DNA of 64,000 bases from Octopus vulgaris (GCA_951406725.2 OX597816.1:18538001-18602000), one strand, 5' to 3'; positions 15,380 through 29,489 are shown, numbered from the stretch's first letter. The notes: a model not told the origin generated them from the sequence alone. Program-made: numbers and translations.

Positions 15380-16000
15380 ATGTTACATCTACTATCTACC
15401 ATTTACTCATATCCATAACAATTTCACAGCTCTTTAATTACTTCCCTTTATATTTCCATATTTCATCAAAGCTACCAAGATAATACACGATAGTATATCA
15501 ATTTATCTCTACTTTCTATCTCGGTCTTTCAGTGCAGTTATCTCCACATTCTTTATTCTAGAAAAAAAACAACATTTTTTAATTTCCATGCCACAGTGAT
15601 ACCGATCATATATCTTATAGTACATCATAATACACACCTTATAGATACTTTTCATTTCCTAATTTATTTCCAATACACCCTTAATAATTTGTCGTATTTT
15701 ACACATCTTGAAATTTACATTGACACCTTCCCGCAAAGTGTTCGAGACGTCACTACTTTAACTTATTCTAGACTCTACTTCTACTTATTCTAGGCGTCAC
15801 TGCTTCTCCCTAACTTAGGTGACAATTGCCAATCTCAGTTTCTGCTTGTTTCTCTATTAGTTCACATACATAATCAAAAATACATCAGTTTGAAATATAT
15901 GACAAACATATCATTTTGGTAAATATTTGAAACATCCCCGTAAATCTATGATTCTAACTGTTTACTGTGTTTATAAGCCTTTCCGTAATCAGCAACAAAT
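15380..16000 (-). pseudogene. Possible very old CR1-type LINE 3' half
   Basis: Only scattered weak motif echoes in the expected order (F..CK, GCIGNK, TALKDR). Confidence 0.3.
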
Positions 16001-16200
16001 TGACAGTAATTTTTCTAACGCTAATGTCAAGCAATAACACAAACTATTGCGACGTTGGATAGAATACTTAGTGTTATTTGTTTTTACCCCTTGAGTGCAA
16101 CTCGTGACAAATTTAATTTTGCTGTCATCAGTCTGGGAAATAAAATACCAGTCGAAGTTTCATGATGTTTTCTCTATTTCTTCCCAACCACTCTCTCTTG

Positions 16201-16637
16201 GCAGCCTTTACATTGAACCAATAGAAGTTTCATTGGTCACTATTCACGGTCTAGACTTGTTTCCATATTCTTTTCCTAGAAAATATTATGCTAAAAAAGA
16301 TCCCTTCAAGAACACCTCAGTGTAGTGTAGAGGAAGACGTGCTTAAACAGATTCTGACTAAAAGAAAAGAAAATTGTGAAAATTTCCCTTTTTTGTATAT
16401 TTTTGCCTTTCATTTTTTATTCTCCGTGAGGAATGAGAGTTCGAAGGATAGTTTTTTTCCAAACTCCACTGATTAATATTGTGAATACATTCATAGCCCT
16501 CCATTGCAGCCTTTTCATTGAACCATTAGAAATTTCATTGGTCACTATTCACGGTCTAGCCCTGTTTCCACATTCTTTTCCTAGGACATATGCTAATTAA
16601 AAGAATCCCTTCAAGAACACCTCAATGTAGTGTAGAG
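16201..16637 (+). repeat. ~130-bp direct repeat pair (16201-16331, 16507-16637)
   Basis: Both copies read gcagccttt..cattgaacca.tagaa.tttcattggtcactattcacggtctag...atcccttcaagaacacctca.tgtagtgtagag. Confidence 0.9.
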
Positions 16638-17099
16638 CAAAAGATACATAAAAATATATTTTATATTAAGAAAAGATATATGATGACAATGGGAAAATTA
16701 GTAAAATTAATGCCTGGACTTTATGAGAAATTGACATTACGGTGTTTATGTAAATGACCATCGAATGTTTTGATACAAGTTTAAGAAATACACAAACACT
16801 TAATCACACTCATTCAAGTTTCCTTTCTTTGGTTAATATTTCTTTTACTACGTTCTGATTCCAAATACCACCAGGGTCGATTTTGCCTTTCACTCTTTTG
16901 AGGTCAATGAAATAAGTACCAGCCAAGTGTTGCAGTCGATGTAATCAACTAGGCCCCGCCTCTACCTAACTTACTGGACTTGCACCAAAATTTGAAAGCA
17001 ATAATTCTTTCACTGATATTTCGATGTATTGCGTATTATATTGATTTTAAATTGCTCTTATTGTCTTTTTTAATTGATACCATAAATTGACATTATTAA

Positions 17100-17343
17100 A
17101 AAAAAATGAATGCCTAGCCAGGCTCATGGACCTGGTTTCCCGGTTTCAATGGCGTATGTGTTCCCTAGCTGGACGGGACGCCAGTCCATCGCAGCGTTAC
17201 TCATTTTTGCCATTTGAGTGGACTGGAGCAACGTGAAATGAAGTGTTTTGCGCAAGAACACAACGCGTCGACCGGTCCAGGAATCGAAATCATAATCTTA
17301 CGATCATGATGCTGACACCCTAACCACTAAACCACACGCCTCC
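17100..17343 (-). mobile_element. tRNA-derived CORE + V-domain-like SINE (family C, tail variant 2) with TSD
   Basis: Minus head ggaggcgtgtggtttagtggttaggg; ctgcgatggactggcgtcccgtccag V-like motif; flanked by ccata(a)attgacattatt at ~17080 and ~17342. Confidence 0.88.
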
Positions 17344-17353
17344 ATAATTGACA

Positions 17354-17523
17354 TTATTTACATTATTTTTATTTGACGGATATTTCTTCTCATCTTGTTC
17401 ATTGTTAACACAACGTTTCGGCTGATATCATATCATTAACAACAAACAAGATGAGAACAAATATCCGTCAAATGTAAATAATATAAATACTGTACATAAT
17501 TCCTCATCTCTTAAATATAGAAC
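17354..17523. mobile_element. Collapsed PLE remnant: two inverted terminal segments with no coding region
   Basis: atttgacggatattt..tctcatcttgtt..tgttaa versus ttaacaacaaacaagatgagaacaaatatccgtcaaat; same terminal sequence as the PLE at 57081-57806. Confidence 0.75.
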
Positions 17524-17794
17524 TTTCATAAAATAAATGTTATCGACAAGCTGAGTCCATGGCGTATGAACGACACTTCAGAGCTAGAAGGAAAATGAAA
17601 AGAGGAAAAGAATTCTATTGAGCTCGGATTACAACTCGAAATTGCTCGTTAAATCGATACGAAACCATCCATATTTCAGGAACTAAGGTAATGTATCACA
17701 GAGAATACAACCACTTTGTTGGCTACACGTAAAAGTACATTATTTAGGTTCTCTCTCAAGTGATGTAGAATGTTGGTAGATGTAGCAAATATAA

Positions 17795-18211
17795 GGCGGC
17801 GAGCTGGCAGAAACATTAGCGTGCCGGGCGAAATTCTTAGCGGTATTTCGTCTGCCGTTACGTTCTGCGTTCAAATTCTGCCGAGGTCGACTTTGCCTTT
17901 CATCCTTTCGGGGTCGATAAATTAAGTACCAGTTACGCACTGAGGGTCGATGTAATCGACTTAATCCGTTTGCCTGTCCGTGTTTGTCCTCTCTGTGTTT
18001 AGCCCCTTGTGGGTAATAAGGGAATAGGTATTTCGTCTGCCGTTACGTTCTGAGTTCAAATTCCGCCGGAATCGACTTTGCCTTTCATCATTTCGGGGTC
18101 GATAAATTAAGTACCAGTTACGCACCGGGGGTCGATGTAATCGACTTAATCCGTTTGTCTGTCCTTGTTTGTCCCCTCTGTGTTTATCCCCCTGTGAGTA
18201 GTAAAGAAATA
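17795..18211 (+). mobile_element. SINE family A dimer bounded by a 17-bp TSD
   Basis: ggtagatgtagcaaata at 17775-17791 and 18212-18228; one head and two bodies. Confidence 0.92.
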
Positions 18212-19024
18212 GGTAGATGTAGCAAATACAGTATATTTACAAGCTTCAGTGTAAAGGCTTGTGAGTCTTCGTAGGGCCATCATTGTCGATTTAAAGATGT
18301 TTTTTGCCACAAGCGTCTCCCACTGACAACAGTACCGTTCATTATGTAGCACATTTGTGAGTTCTATTTTCATGTTCTTGACTCATGAAACACGATATTC
18401 TTTTCCTGGGGCATTTTTGTATGTATTACTATCACAGGAAATATATGGGACAAGAATTAAAACCAATATCTAGCCCATTAATTCTTCATGTACCCAAATT
18501 AAAACACGGTAGCGAACTTCGAGTAGGAAATATTAGCTTTAGAAATATACCAACAATGTAGAAATAATGATTTACTCTGGTGCAATGTTCATGGAGCCCT
18601 ATATCTGCACCTCATATATATTTTACATTCTTCTATCATTTTCTTTCTCTGTTGAAATGAATCATTGTTGACTATAGCTGAAATCTAATAATACCTTTCA
18701 CAGAATATTAAAATATAAATATTCTGCATTCATATTTTATTGTGTGCCAGTGCAACTAAAGTGCATCCGATATTTCAAATATTTTTATAGTAATGTGAAT
18801 CCCATATACTTTTGTGCATCTCCTGCGAACTTAAGATTCAATTACTATTTATATTGCAATGTTGATCTATTACGAATGCAGTTGCAGACCAGTATAATCC
18901 GAGTTTGATATGAGCAGAGCTTTAGCGATATATTTCATGAGCCACACCAATTTCTCCTTTCTTCAACTTTCCTAAAATATAAAATTGCAATATCTTTTGA
19001 AAATTGTTTTTTTTTATCTATGTG

Positions 19025-19311
19025 TCGTTTTCAAGCCTAGCCAGGCTCATGAGACCGGTTTCCTGGTTTCTATGACGTATGTGTTCCCCCCAGCAGAACG
19101 GGATGCCAGTCCATCGCAGCGTTACTCAAGAAACAGGAAGAAAGTGTGAGAGAAAGTTGGAGCGAAAGAGTACAACAGGGGTCGCCATCACCGCTACCGG
19201 AGCCTCATGTGTTTTCGCTCAATAAACACACACAACGCTCAGTCTGGGTATCGAAACCGCGATATTCCGACCGCGAGTTCGCTGCCCTAGCCATTGGGCA
19301 ATTGCGCCTCC
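19025..19311 (-). mobile_element. tRNA-derived SINE family D head/body with the V-like tail of family C variant 2
   Basis: Head and body match 43519-43710; 3' part matches 17110-17200. Confidence 0.85.
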
Positions 19312-20280
19312 ACTCTGAAAAACATATTGATAACATATTGACAATATATTAGTAACATTAATAGAGGAAGGTTTCCAAATAAAGAACGTCACCTTCGCAC
19401 CATACAATGTCAAATAAAGATTACTTTAGAAAAAGACCCATAATGTCTTGGACATTAATATGAACAGTCCAGTTAAAAGATATTGCCCTTGTACGTGCCT
19501 AAATCATAATAATTACATAGCACTTGCTTTACTCTTAATGAGATAACATACCAGATATTTAGACACAAACAGAAATATTATTTTGTTAACGGAAACTCAT
19601 TTCTATTCCCTGAGCGTTTAGAAATAATTAACCATTGCAACTAAATGTTTCTGCGATACAATATATCCCGTATTGCATGCGAACATCTCGTCCCCACGAT
19701 GTGTTGGTTTTACTTCATCCATAAGTTCCCTGGGGATACCTTTTTCTACAATTCGACTGCTAAAATTGTTTGGATTTTGTAGATGGCATAGGCGAACAGA
19801 GCATTTTAACTTGTTAATTGATCCACACTGCTCCTATATTTATATATATTCCTAGAAAGGCTTCCCTTGTAACGAGATAATATTCTGGTCTTTGAATCAA
19901 GAAATCTGATGAACGTACAGTCTCGAAACTTCTGAGCAATCTAATTTACCCGCGAACGCACGCATACGTACATGTATGCATCCATCCATCCATCCATCCA
20001 TCCATTCATGCATACATACATACATACATAGTCACACACAAATATGCAGCGCGCACAAACTATTTCTCTCTTTCTGTCATCACTCAATTTTCTAACAGAA
20101 CCTAGCCTTCGGCAATAAACTTAGCGAACTCATCTGACATTTGCAGGCCCCATTTTGTACTATAGTGCATATTGAATCACTAATAGATTCATTTTTGATG
20201 TTAGTAGAAAGAATAGTCTATTAATAACGTTGAACTATTTGTGGTGGTGATATTATAGCAAATTTATTGCTCTTTACCTC

Positions 20281-20377
<97 letters not shown>

Positions 20378-20769
20378 GTCATTGAACTTGCATTAATAGA
20401 TGCATTGTGAACTGGAAATAAATTATTAGATGAGGAAATGGCATTCACTTACTTATCCAGTTAATTCAATCGTATCGTTATAGAGATATGATACAAATAG
20501 TAATCTTCAGAAATGTTAAATGAGAACACGAATAAGTAAGTACTAATAAACCGTCTCTGTAAAATCAACTGGTAGTGAACCCTCACTAATTCAAAAGAAG
20601 TGATTACTAAATGTCAGTGTTGCACAAAAATACATCATTACAATTGACTTGTTTTAATAAAGAAATAACAAGAAAAATGAAATAACACTTGAGATGTTCT
20701 AATTCTGAATTTGCATAGAATAATACTGTTTTTTCTGCGGACATTCATTTTTATTATATAAAAAACATG

Positions 20770-21395
20770 TTTTTCTACTCTAGGTACAAGGCCCTAATTT
20801 TTTTTTTTGGGGGGGGGGGGGGCAGTCGATTAGATCGACCCCCGTACGCAACTGGTTCTTAATTTGTCGAGCCTGAAAGGATAAAAGGCAACGTCGACCT
20901 CGGCGGAATTTGAACTCAGAACGTAGCGGCAGACGAAATACCTATTTGTTTACTACCCACAAGGGGCTAAACACAGAGAGAACAAACAAGGACAGACAAA
21001 CGGATTAAGTCGATTATATCGACCCCAGTGCGTAACTGGTACTTATTTAATCGAGTCCGAAAGGATGAAAGACAAGGTTGACCTCGGCAGAAATTGAACT
21101 CAGAATGGGAAGAGAGACGAAATATCTGTTTCTTTATTACCCACACGGGGCTAAACATAGAGGACGACAAACAAGGACAGACAAACAGATTAAGTCGATT
21201 ATATCGACCCCAGTGCGTAACTGGTGCTTATTTAATCGACCCCGAAAGGATGAAAGATAAAATCGACCTCGGCGGAATTTGAACTGATAACGTTATGGCA
21301 GACGAAATACCTATTTCTTTACTACCCACAACGGCCGACGAAATACAGCCAAGCATTTCGCCCGGTGTGCTAACGTTTCTGGCAGCTCACCGCCT
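20770..21395 (-). mobile_element. SINE family A multimer (~3 bodies)
   Basis: Repeated gacgaaatacctatttctttactacccacaagg-type junctions. Confidence 0.9.
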
Positions 21396-22249
21396 TATTT
21401 TTTCTATATAAATATTGATATCTCGTTTTTGGATTTCGCGTGCAAGATTCGTTATGTGAGTTCGCGTGTCTATAAACTCGTGCAAAAAAACTAAGCCTGA
21501 AACACGTTGATGCAAAGTAATCCTTTTAATTATACAGCTGAGCCTGTGCCTATGTTTTATAGAATATTTAATATTGTTTTGAAAGTGAAGGAATTCACTG
21601 CAGCTGCACAAATTCAGTTCACTCATAAATATAATGACCTATAAATGACGATCTTTTAAACACTACGTTTCTATATTTTCTGTGTCCTCAAGATATAAAA
21701 TCATAGCTTCTATATTATTGCTATATCAGAACAGATTATATTTTTATTTGAAAATAAAAATTCATGTGTCATTTTATTAAAGAACGTCAAGTTATTAAAC
21801 TGTCAAACTCAACATTTTTGAGGAACATAAAGATATATTTTATTCGAAAATTAATTGTGAGACAAGCGAGTGTTATTTTCACCAAGTAAATTTAATGTGA
21901 CTCAGAGGTTCTCAATCTAGCCACTCCTTAGTCGAAAGATGACAGGATGTTAGATAGACATAGCACAAATCAATAAATTTGCTAAATATAAATTCACAGT
22001 TTTATATTTAAGTATTTACAAATGTGTCAATTCTTTCAATTCTTGTTGAATATTGGCAACGCCATTCCTTTTCTTTCCTGCTTTATTTATCGATTTTACC
22101 CGAGTTTTAAAGTGTTTCCTTTATTTCTCCGTGTTTTTAAATGACATAAAAAAATAGAGTTAGTTTCGGTCAAAATCTCAAATCCACGATAATATATTTC
22201 ACATGCTTTAATATTTAATAATTTAGAACTGAGTTAGGTATTGGATTAT

Positions 22250-22838
22250 TACTGGTTTCAAATTTGGGCAAAAGAACTGTAATTCAGGGGAAGTGTACTT
22301 ATTTTATCGAGCCTTAAAGGAAAAAAAACAAAACCAACCAGGGTAGAATTTGAACTCAGAATATTAAGACAGAGGAAATGCCGCTACACATGGTCTCAAG
22401 GGTGCTTACGATTCTTATTTCTTTATTGGCACAAAGGGCTAAACAAAGAGGCGGCAAACAAGGACAGACACAGTGATTAAATCAATTATATCGACCCCAG
22501 TGCGTAACTGGTACTTATTTAATCGACCCCGAAAGGAAGAAAGGCAAGGTCGACCTAGGCGGAATTTGAAATCAGAACGTAGCGGCAGACGAAATACCTA
22601 TTTCTATTTCTTTACTACCCACAAGGGGCTAAAGACAGAGGGGACAAACGAGGACAGACAAACGGATTAAGTCGATTATATCGACCCCAGTGCTTAACTG
22701 ATACTTATTTAATCGACCCTGAAAGGATGAAAGGCAAAGTCGACCTCGGCGGAATTTGAACAGAGAACATAGCGGCAGACGAAATACGGCTAAGCATTTC
22801 GCCCGGCGTGCTAACTTTTCTGCCGGCTCGCCGCCTTA
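22250..22838 (-). mobile_element. SINE family A dimer adjacent to an older copy
   Basis: Head ends ...gctcgccgcctta at ~22838; two bodies 22415-22790. Confidence 0.9.
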
Positions 22839-23481
22839 CCACATGCATTATATTGACAAGGAAAGCCATCGTATAATGTTAAACATCATCAATGAATAGT
22901 GAAATAGCATCTGACAGAAGCTATAACGAGCAGGCTCATTCATTTGCAAAACTAGAAAACAAAATATTATTAGGTAACATTAAAAAGAAAATATGGAATG
23001 ATATGCTTTCATGTTACAAATAATCAGATAGCGAAATTTGGGTGTGAATTCTCTACAAATACTAAATATTAAACATTAGCAATTTGCCTATATTTCTTCC
23101 TGAAATTGATCAATTAGTAAGAGACAATTAATTGTCTTCATCAACACGCTCTTTAAGGTGTAGTTTATTCATGAGTATGGTTAATGTCATCAGTAGTAAT
23201 TACCTTAAACACTATCAACCGCTCTACAGCAATTCGTTTCTTATTACAACACGTTCATACATCGACATGCTATCGGCTGTATTCTCGAATTCTGATGAGA
23301 TACCACACGACATGCCGCTGTTGTTTTCGTTGTTCGTTAATACTACAACAACAACAACTACTACTACTACTACTCCTGCTGCTGCTGCTGATACTATTAC
23401 TACTACCTCGACTGCTACTACTTCTACAACTACTACTACTACAGTTGTTGTAACCGCCGTTACCGCCACCACCACCACCAA

Positions 23482-23522
<41 letters not shown>

Positions 23523-24412
23523 TTTACATATTTCTTGCTTGGTTCATAAGAGCTGTTTCAAGACAGCCAACAAGTTGGATGTTTTAATATGGCAACTATT
23601 TAAGATGAGCAAATATATACTGTACAGGAAGACGACTTGGATCTCACAAGTAAAAATCTATTGAGTATTTAGTATTTTGTAAAAGTGTTAAGAAAATCAG
23701 GTATGTTCAAGTTGACAACCTCTTTAGCTGTACGTCAATAGTAACAACGAGAATGATTATTTTTTTTTGTGGTTCTGATACTTCGGGGTGCCCTAGTATA
23801 CTCTTTAAGAGCGCCGTTTGATACTGTACCCAAAGTTCCGATGGTCAGAAATACAGTTGTTCTCTGATGCCACATTTTGAGAACACTATATCAATACACT
23901 TATATTTACTTTAATTCCCATATGGTGTTTCCAGTTTAACAGTTTGCAGGGTTGACATGTCTATGAACAGATATGTTTTGACAACGTGATTTTGTTTTTA
24001 CCAGTATATCTGGTTTATCGGATTTCATTGAATGATCAGTTTGGAAGGTAAAGTGTCAAGGTAGGGGGATATAATTAGTTATTAAATCTTTTAAAAACTT
24101 TAAATTCTAAACATGGTTGGAACTTAGTTGCCAACCCAATATATAAATATATATTTTTGTGTCTGGAGAGAGTCATTCTGTTCGTGTGTTTTATTATTTA
24201 ACACACTAATTCCTTGGAACAATAATTAAGTAAATGAATGGAAACTTTACCGGCGTTTGTGTTAAAGAATACGGCACTATAGGAGAATTATGTTTCAACA
24301 CACGAACTCACATTAAGAATCTTGCAAACACATTACCAAAACAAAGAGTATATATATACATACATACATATATAGATACACACACACATATACACACACA
24401 CACACACACACT

Positions 24413-24463
<51 letters not shown>

Positions 24464-24844
24464 TATAGCTTTCACCTTATTTACAAAGTGACCATTTATT
24501 TCATGCAGGTAAATAGGTACCGGTTTGTCTGCACGGTATTGAATATTTTCAGATTGTAGCCGCACACTTTGTGGTTAGATTCTTTTATACACCAACTTCA
24601 GTTATTGACAACTGTCATTAACTGCACTTGGACAGTGCATTCTGTGTGAAATCTGGTACAAGCAAGCCAAACATTGGTTTCTATACATACTTGCATACAT
24701 ACATGCATACATACACACGCACATACATACATACATATAATGCACGCACATACACGCACATACATTCAAGTTTATAGGTGTCCATATGTGAGCAAATGAA
24801 TTTTCGCACAGTTTCTTTCTAATAACTTACGCCATTATCCCATT

Positions 24845-24854
24845 TCTCTCGCTC

Positions 24855-24929
<75 letters not shown>

Positions 24930-25027
24930 GTATATCTATCTAACTAACTCTCTATCTATATATCTATCTATCTATCTGCCTGTATGTTTATCTATCTATA
25001 TGTCTATCTGTCTGTCTGTCCTTATCA

Positions 25028-25120
<93 letters not shown>

Positions 25121-25150
25121 CCTATCTATCTATCTATCTATCTAACTTTA

Positions 25151-25199
<49 letters not shown>

Positions 25200-25310
25200 G
25201 CCTGTCTGTTTATCTATATATATGTCTATCTGTCTGTCTGTCATTATCAATCTATCTTTCTATCTTTCTATCGATCTATCTATTTGTCTATCTATCTACC
25301 TATCTAACTA

Positions 25311-25342
<32 letters not shown>

Positions 25343-25346
25343 CGTC

Positions 25347-25405
<59 letters not shown>
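24845..25405. repeat. (TATC)n, (TC)n and (TA)n compound microsatellite
   Basis: Direct reading; similar (TATC)n tracts near 36410, 46213, 60000 and 63530. Confidence 0.95.
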
Positions 25406-25408
<3 letters not shown>

Positions 25409-26224
25409 ATAAATGAATATGCACATATGTGTAATTTACATAAATATTATATAGTTATGTATGTCCACGAAAGATGCAGCCACCGCAAAGAAAACAAAAG
25501 TCAACCGGACAGTATTTGGAAATCTGAAAATCCAGAAACCATTCATTGTCACACTGGAAGAGTGACCGAGAGGAGAGAAAAGTATCTCTCGTAAAACACA
25601 TTTGTACAATACGCTACTTAAGATCGCGTGATGAGTGAAAAGCTAAGCAACGACTCTGCACGTTTCTTACATGAATCAAAATCGAAAATCAGAAGTTGAG
25701 AAATTTCTGTAGAAGCACTTAAGACAGAGTAGTAAATACACCGTAATTGTGAATTATCTATCAGTGCAGTGTGAAGAAGCTTAATGGCATGCCGTCTATC
25801 ACACGCACCGCACACATCCACGTATATGTACATAAATGCGTGCACATAGACTTACATATATACATGCATACACGTTATGCACACATACATACAGGCATAC
25901 ATACATACAGGCATACATAAATATATAGATGCCTACATTCGAAAGTTCGCGCACGTACACGTAATATCTGGTTATATACGTACTTCTGGAGTACAAGACT
26001 GAGAAATGAAACAGCGTAGGTAATGACCTTGGAGATGAAACACAGACGTCATATACTCGTGTGAGTAAACGTTATTTACAGACAGACAGACACACATGAA
26101 TATTGTTTATTTCTTTCGAAAACAGTTTTTTTTTTACCCGATTGGTTGTAAGTCCTCAGTTCGAACCAGTTATGTTATCCACGATATATATATATATATA
26201 TATATATATAGATACACCCATACC

Positions 26225-26311
<87 letters not shown>

Positions 26312-26329
26312 GTATATGTATATATAGGA

Positions 26330-26371
<42 letters not shown>

Positions 26372-26379
26372 ATATGCTT

Positions 26380-26570
26380 GTGTGGCTGTGTTTGTACACC
26401 CACCATCGCTTGACAATGGATGCTGGTGTGTTTACGTCCCCGTTACTAGCGCTTCATCAAAAGAGACCGATAGAATAAATACTATGCTTACAAAGAATAA
26501 CTACTTTGATCGACTTGTTCGACTAAAGCGGTGCTCCAGCATGGCCGCAGTTCAATGATTGAAACAATAA
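26380..26570 (+). mobile_element. SINE family B 3' half
   Basis: catcgcttgacaa...aagcggtgctccagcatggccgcag. Confidence 0.85.
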
Positions 26571-26579
26571 AATAATATA

Positions 26580-26634
<55 letters not shown>

Positions 26635-26689
26635 CATATATATATATTACTCTTTTATACCTTATACTATTTCAGTTAATGGATTTTGG

Positions 26690-28310
26690 CGATGCTGGAA
26701 TATCGTCTTATATTTATATATATATATACATTCATAACATCTTTCTACCGTTTTGTTACACTTTTATTGCTAGAAGTTCGTCTCTAATTGAAGACATAGC
26801 AGCTGACGTTTCTTGTCTCTTTTTATAGTTGCCCGGCATTTCGTTTAGGAGTTCATCGAATGATTTCTTGAATATTTTAATAGAAACCCCTTATATATTT
26901 GTGATTTCTTCAGGCATGCAGTTGAACACTGTAGGGCTTGTGAATATCAGATTGTTGTAGTATAGCGTCTTTAATCATTATTTTGAATGTGGCATATATT
27001 TGTAAAATCTAGTGGAATCTATTATGTATTGCATTAAATATTTTTTTAATGCCTTCTCAAGATTGCCCATACATATTTCTCCCTACGTCGTTGAAGAAAG
27101 TAGACCCGTTCAGCTTTGGGATTTTCCCACCAATTATGTTCGTTATCCGCAATTATCTTGCGAATATTCTCAGTAAATTTTCTGAATGTATTTGGAGAAT
27201 AAGTCTACGAGCAGTAATCTGGTCAGGTTAAAACTAAGCCTTTCCATAGAGTCAATATAGCCAAATGGTCTCGTGTTATGAAGATTACGTGGATCAGATT
27301 TCAGCTTATATAAGTAAAATCGGTGATGTTTCCGATGAAATGACAACGACGCTTAAGTCTCGTATTTAATTTGAACGTTCAGTTGTGCTTTGTGTTGGGA
27401 AATAATTTGTATTGTGTATGTCAATTCCATAAAGACAAGTATGAAATTTTCATGCTTCGAATTAAACATTGTTGCCATCTTCCCATCGATAGTTCACTTT
27501 TAATTAACTGTGTTGAGAGGCAGCGTCTTCTGCAGTTTGGATAGCAATCGAAACGTTTGCATCATAGGCGTACCTTGGTTGATTGGTTGACACTATCTGT
27601 GAGCTTGTACGTGAGAGTAAAAAAAATTGTGGTTTTAGAACCGTAACAGAATTATTCTTACATTGTAAAAAAATCGAAAAGCCTGAGTTTCCTTGTGATG
27701 CCAAGTTCTCTTGACCTATTATAGATCATTCCTCGATGAATTGTGTCTGGTTTTAACAAAATGAAGATATATGGTGTCATTGAACATTCTATTTAGAAGA
27801 TTATTAATGATTGTGTTATGGGACTGTAGTAGTTGTGTCATCTAACGCCTTTCTGCTCAAAATTCTCACTATCTATTGTCTGAGAGATTGTTTATATCCA
27901 GATATTCGACTATTCTCTTTTGGACATTGGGTTCATATATCATAACTGGTTGAGAAGCGACAGAATCTACTCTATAAATTTCTGCTGAAGCCTCGCTACC
28001 TCCAACATGTATAAGTGTTATTGCTCCATTTTGTCAATAATTCTGAGGATATGATTGTTGCTACGGTCTTTTGGAATAGCATCTTTAATAATTCGGCTTG
28101 GTTGCTTTTGCACGTTTCTTTATAGTATGGTTGGATGACCATCTGGTCGCTGTGCTTAGTTTATATCCAGATCATAAAAAGCGTCAATTACAACCGCCTT
28201 TTTCTTATTTTTTTAATTTCTAGACATTTCTCTGCAGTTTATTTCTGGAGATTGAACAATTCATTTGGATTATGTTCAATTTTGTTAAGTTGGGACCATT
28301 GACTGTAATA
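26690..28310 (-). pseudogene. Old, heavily mutated CR1/L2-group LINE RT region
   Basis: Minus-strand motifs in colinear order: RPDG (~28140), YAYDANV (degenerate YADD, ~27560), WEDGNNV..FNS (~27470), PTVFNCMPEEITNI.GVSIKIFKKSFDELLNEMP (~26830-26935). Confidence 0.7.
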
Positions 28311-28314
28311 CTGT

Positions 28315-28366
<52 letters not shown>

Positions 28367-28370
<4 letters not shown>

Positions 28371-29286
28371 TTAGTTAATTTGGCTCAAAAGCAAATAGCA
28401 AGGCCATGTATACATGGAGTTAAGTACAGGGTGGTGTTCATGTAAAGTGTTCAGTCCACTTGAGGTCCAGGGAGGCTTTGAACAAAGTGGTCGTCGGCAT
28501 CTTCACCATCTCGTCTGGCAGCTTGTTCCACGGATCCGCAACCCGGACGGAGAAAGCTCCTCTCCTTCGATTGAGATGAAATCGTCGCAGGTAGAGCTTT
28601 TCGGAATGACCCCGCAGCCGACGCTCTGGAGCAGGAGTGAAGAACAGCTCTTTCGAGAGGTTACACTTTCCGCTTATGATGTTGTGGGCGAGAATGAGAT
28701 CACCACGGCGGCGGCGTTTTTCAAGAGAATAAAGGTCGAGCGTCCTCAGCCTTTCTTCGTAGGACAAATTTTTGAGACCATGAACCATGCGGGTAGCCAG
28801 CTTCTGGACTCTTTCGAGATGCTGTATGTCTTTGAGGAGATAAGGAGAAGACGCTTGAATCCCATACTCCAATATGGGTCTCACCAGCGTGACATAGAGT
28901 GGTAGGAATATGGCTGCTGTGAGCATTCCGAATGACCGTCGAATCAAGAACAGAATTCCGCGTGCTTTGTTGGCAGCATGGACGCACTGGGCCGAAGTCG
29001 AAAAGGAGGAGTCCACCAAGATACCCAGGTCCTTTACCTGATCGGTCCTCTCCAGCAGCAGACGACCCGGCTCGAAATCAAGTTGAGTTGCAGGAGTAGA
29101 GCCGACAGGCAGATGACAGCACTTTGACACATTCAGACACAGGTCCCAATCGTTAGACCACTTCCAAATTTGGTGGAGGCATCGACGAAGATCCTCTATA
29201 TTACCGCGAGGAGCGACCAGTTTGATATCGTCGGCAAATAGAAGGGTGTGTTGCGTGAGGTCGTCGGGCAAGTCATTTATGAAGAC
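28367..29286 (-). mobile_element. 5'-truncated CR1-clade LINE with uninterrupted ORF2 C-terminus, inserted in (TA)n
   Basis: ORF 28438-29271 (upstream VFINDLP): LFADDIKL, KDLGILVDS, LVRPILEYG, LERVQKLATRMV, RRRRGDLI, FSVRVADPWNKLP; short 3' UTR with (TAAC)n tail; (TA)n on both flanks. Confidence 0.95.
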
Positions 29287-29489
29287 TATATATATATATA
29301 TACGCGTGTGTGTGTGTGTGTGTATTTATGTATATATGTATATGTATGTGATTCGGTATTATCTGATAGTTGATGATTGATTTAGATATATTTCTCCATT
29401 TTCTCATTTTGTATGTATATAAATATATGTATTTATATATACATACATACATATACTGTTTTTATATATGTGAGAGAATGTTAGTATAT

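Noticed and set aside
19905-19940. ctgatga...cgaaac as a hammerhead core
   Set aside because: No convincing stem I or stem II pairing
21903-23890. cagaggttctcaa ... ttgagaacact as hAT TIRs
   Set aside because: Match is short and imperfect; no 8-bp TSD or transposase remnant recognised between them
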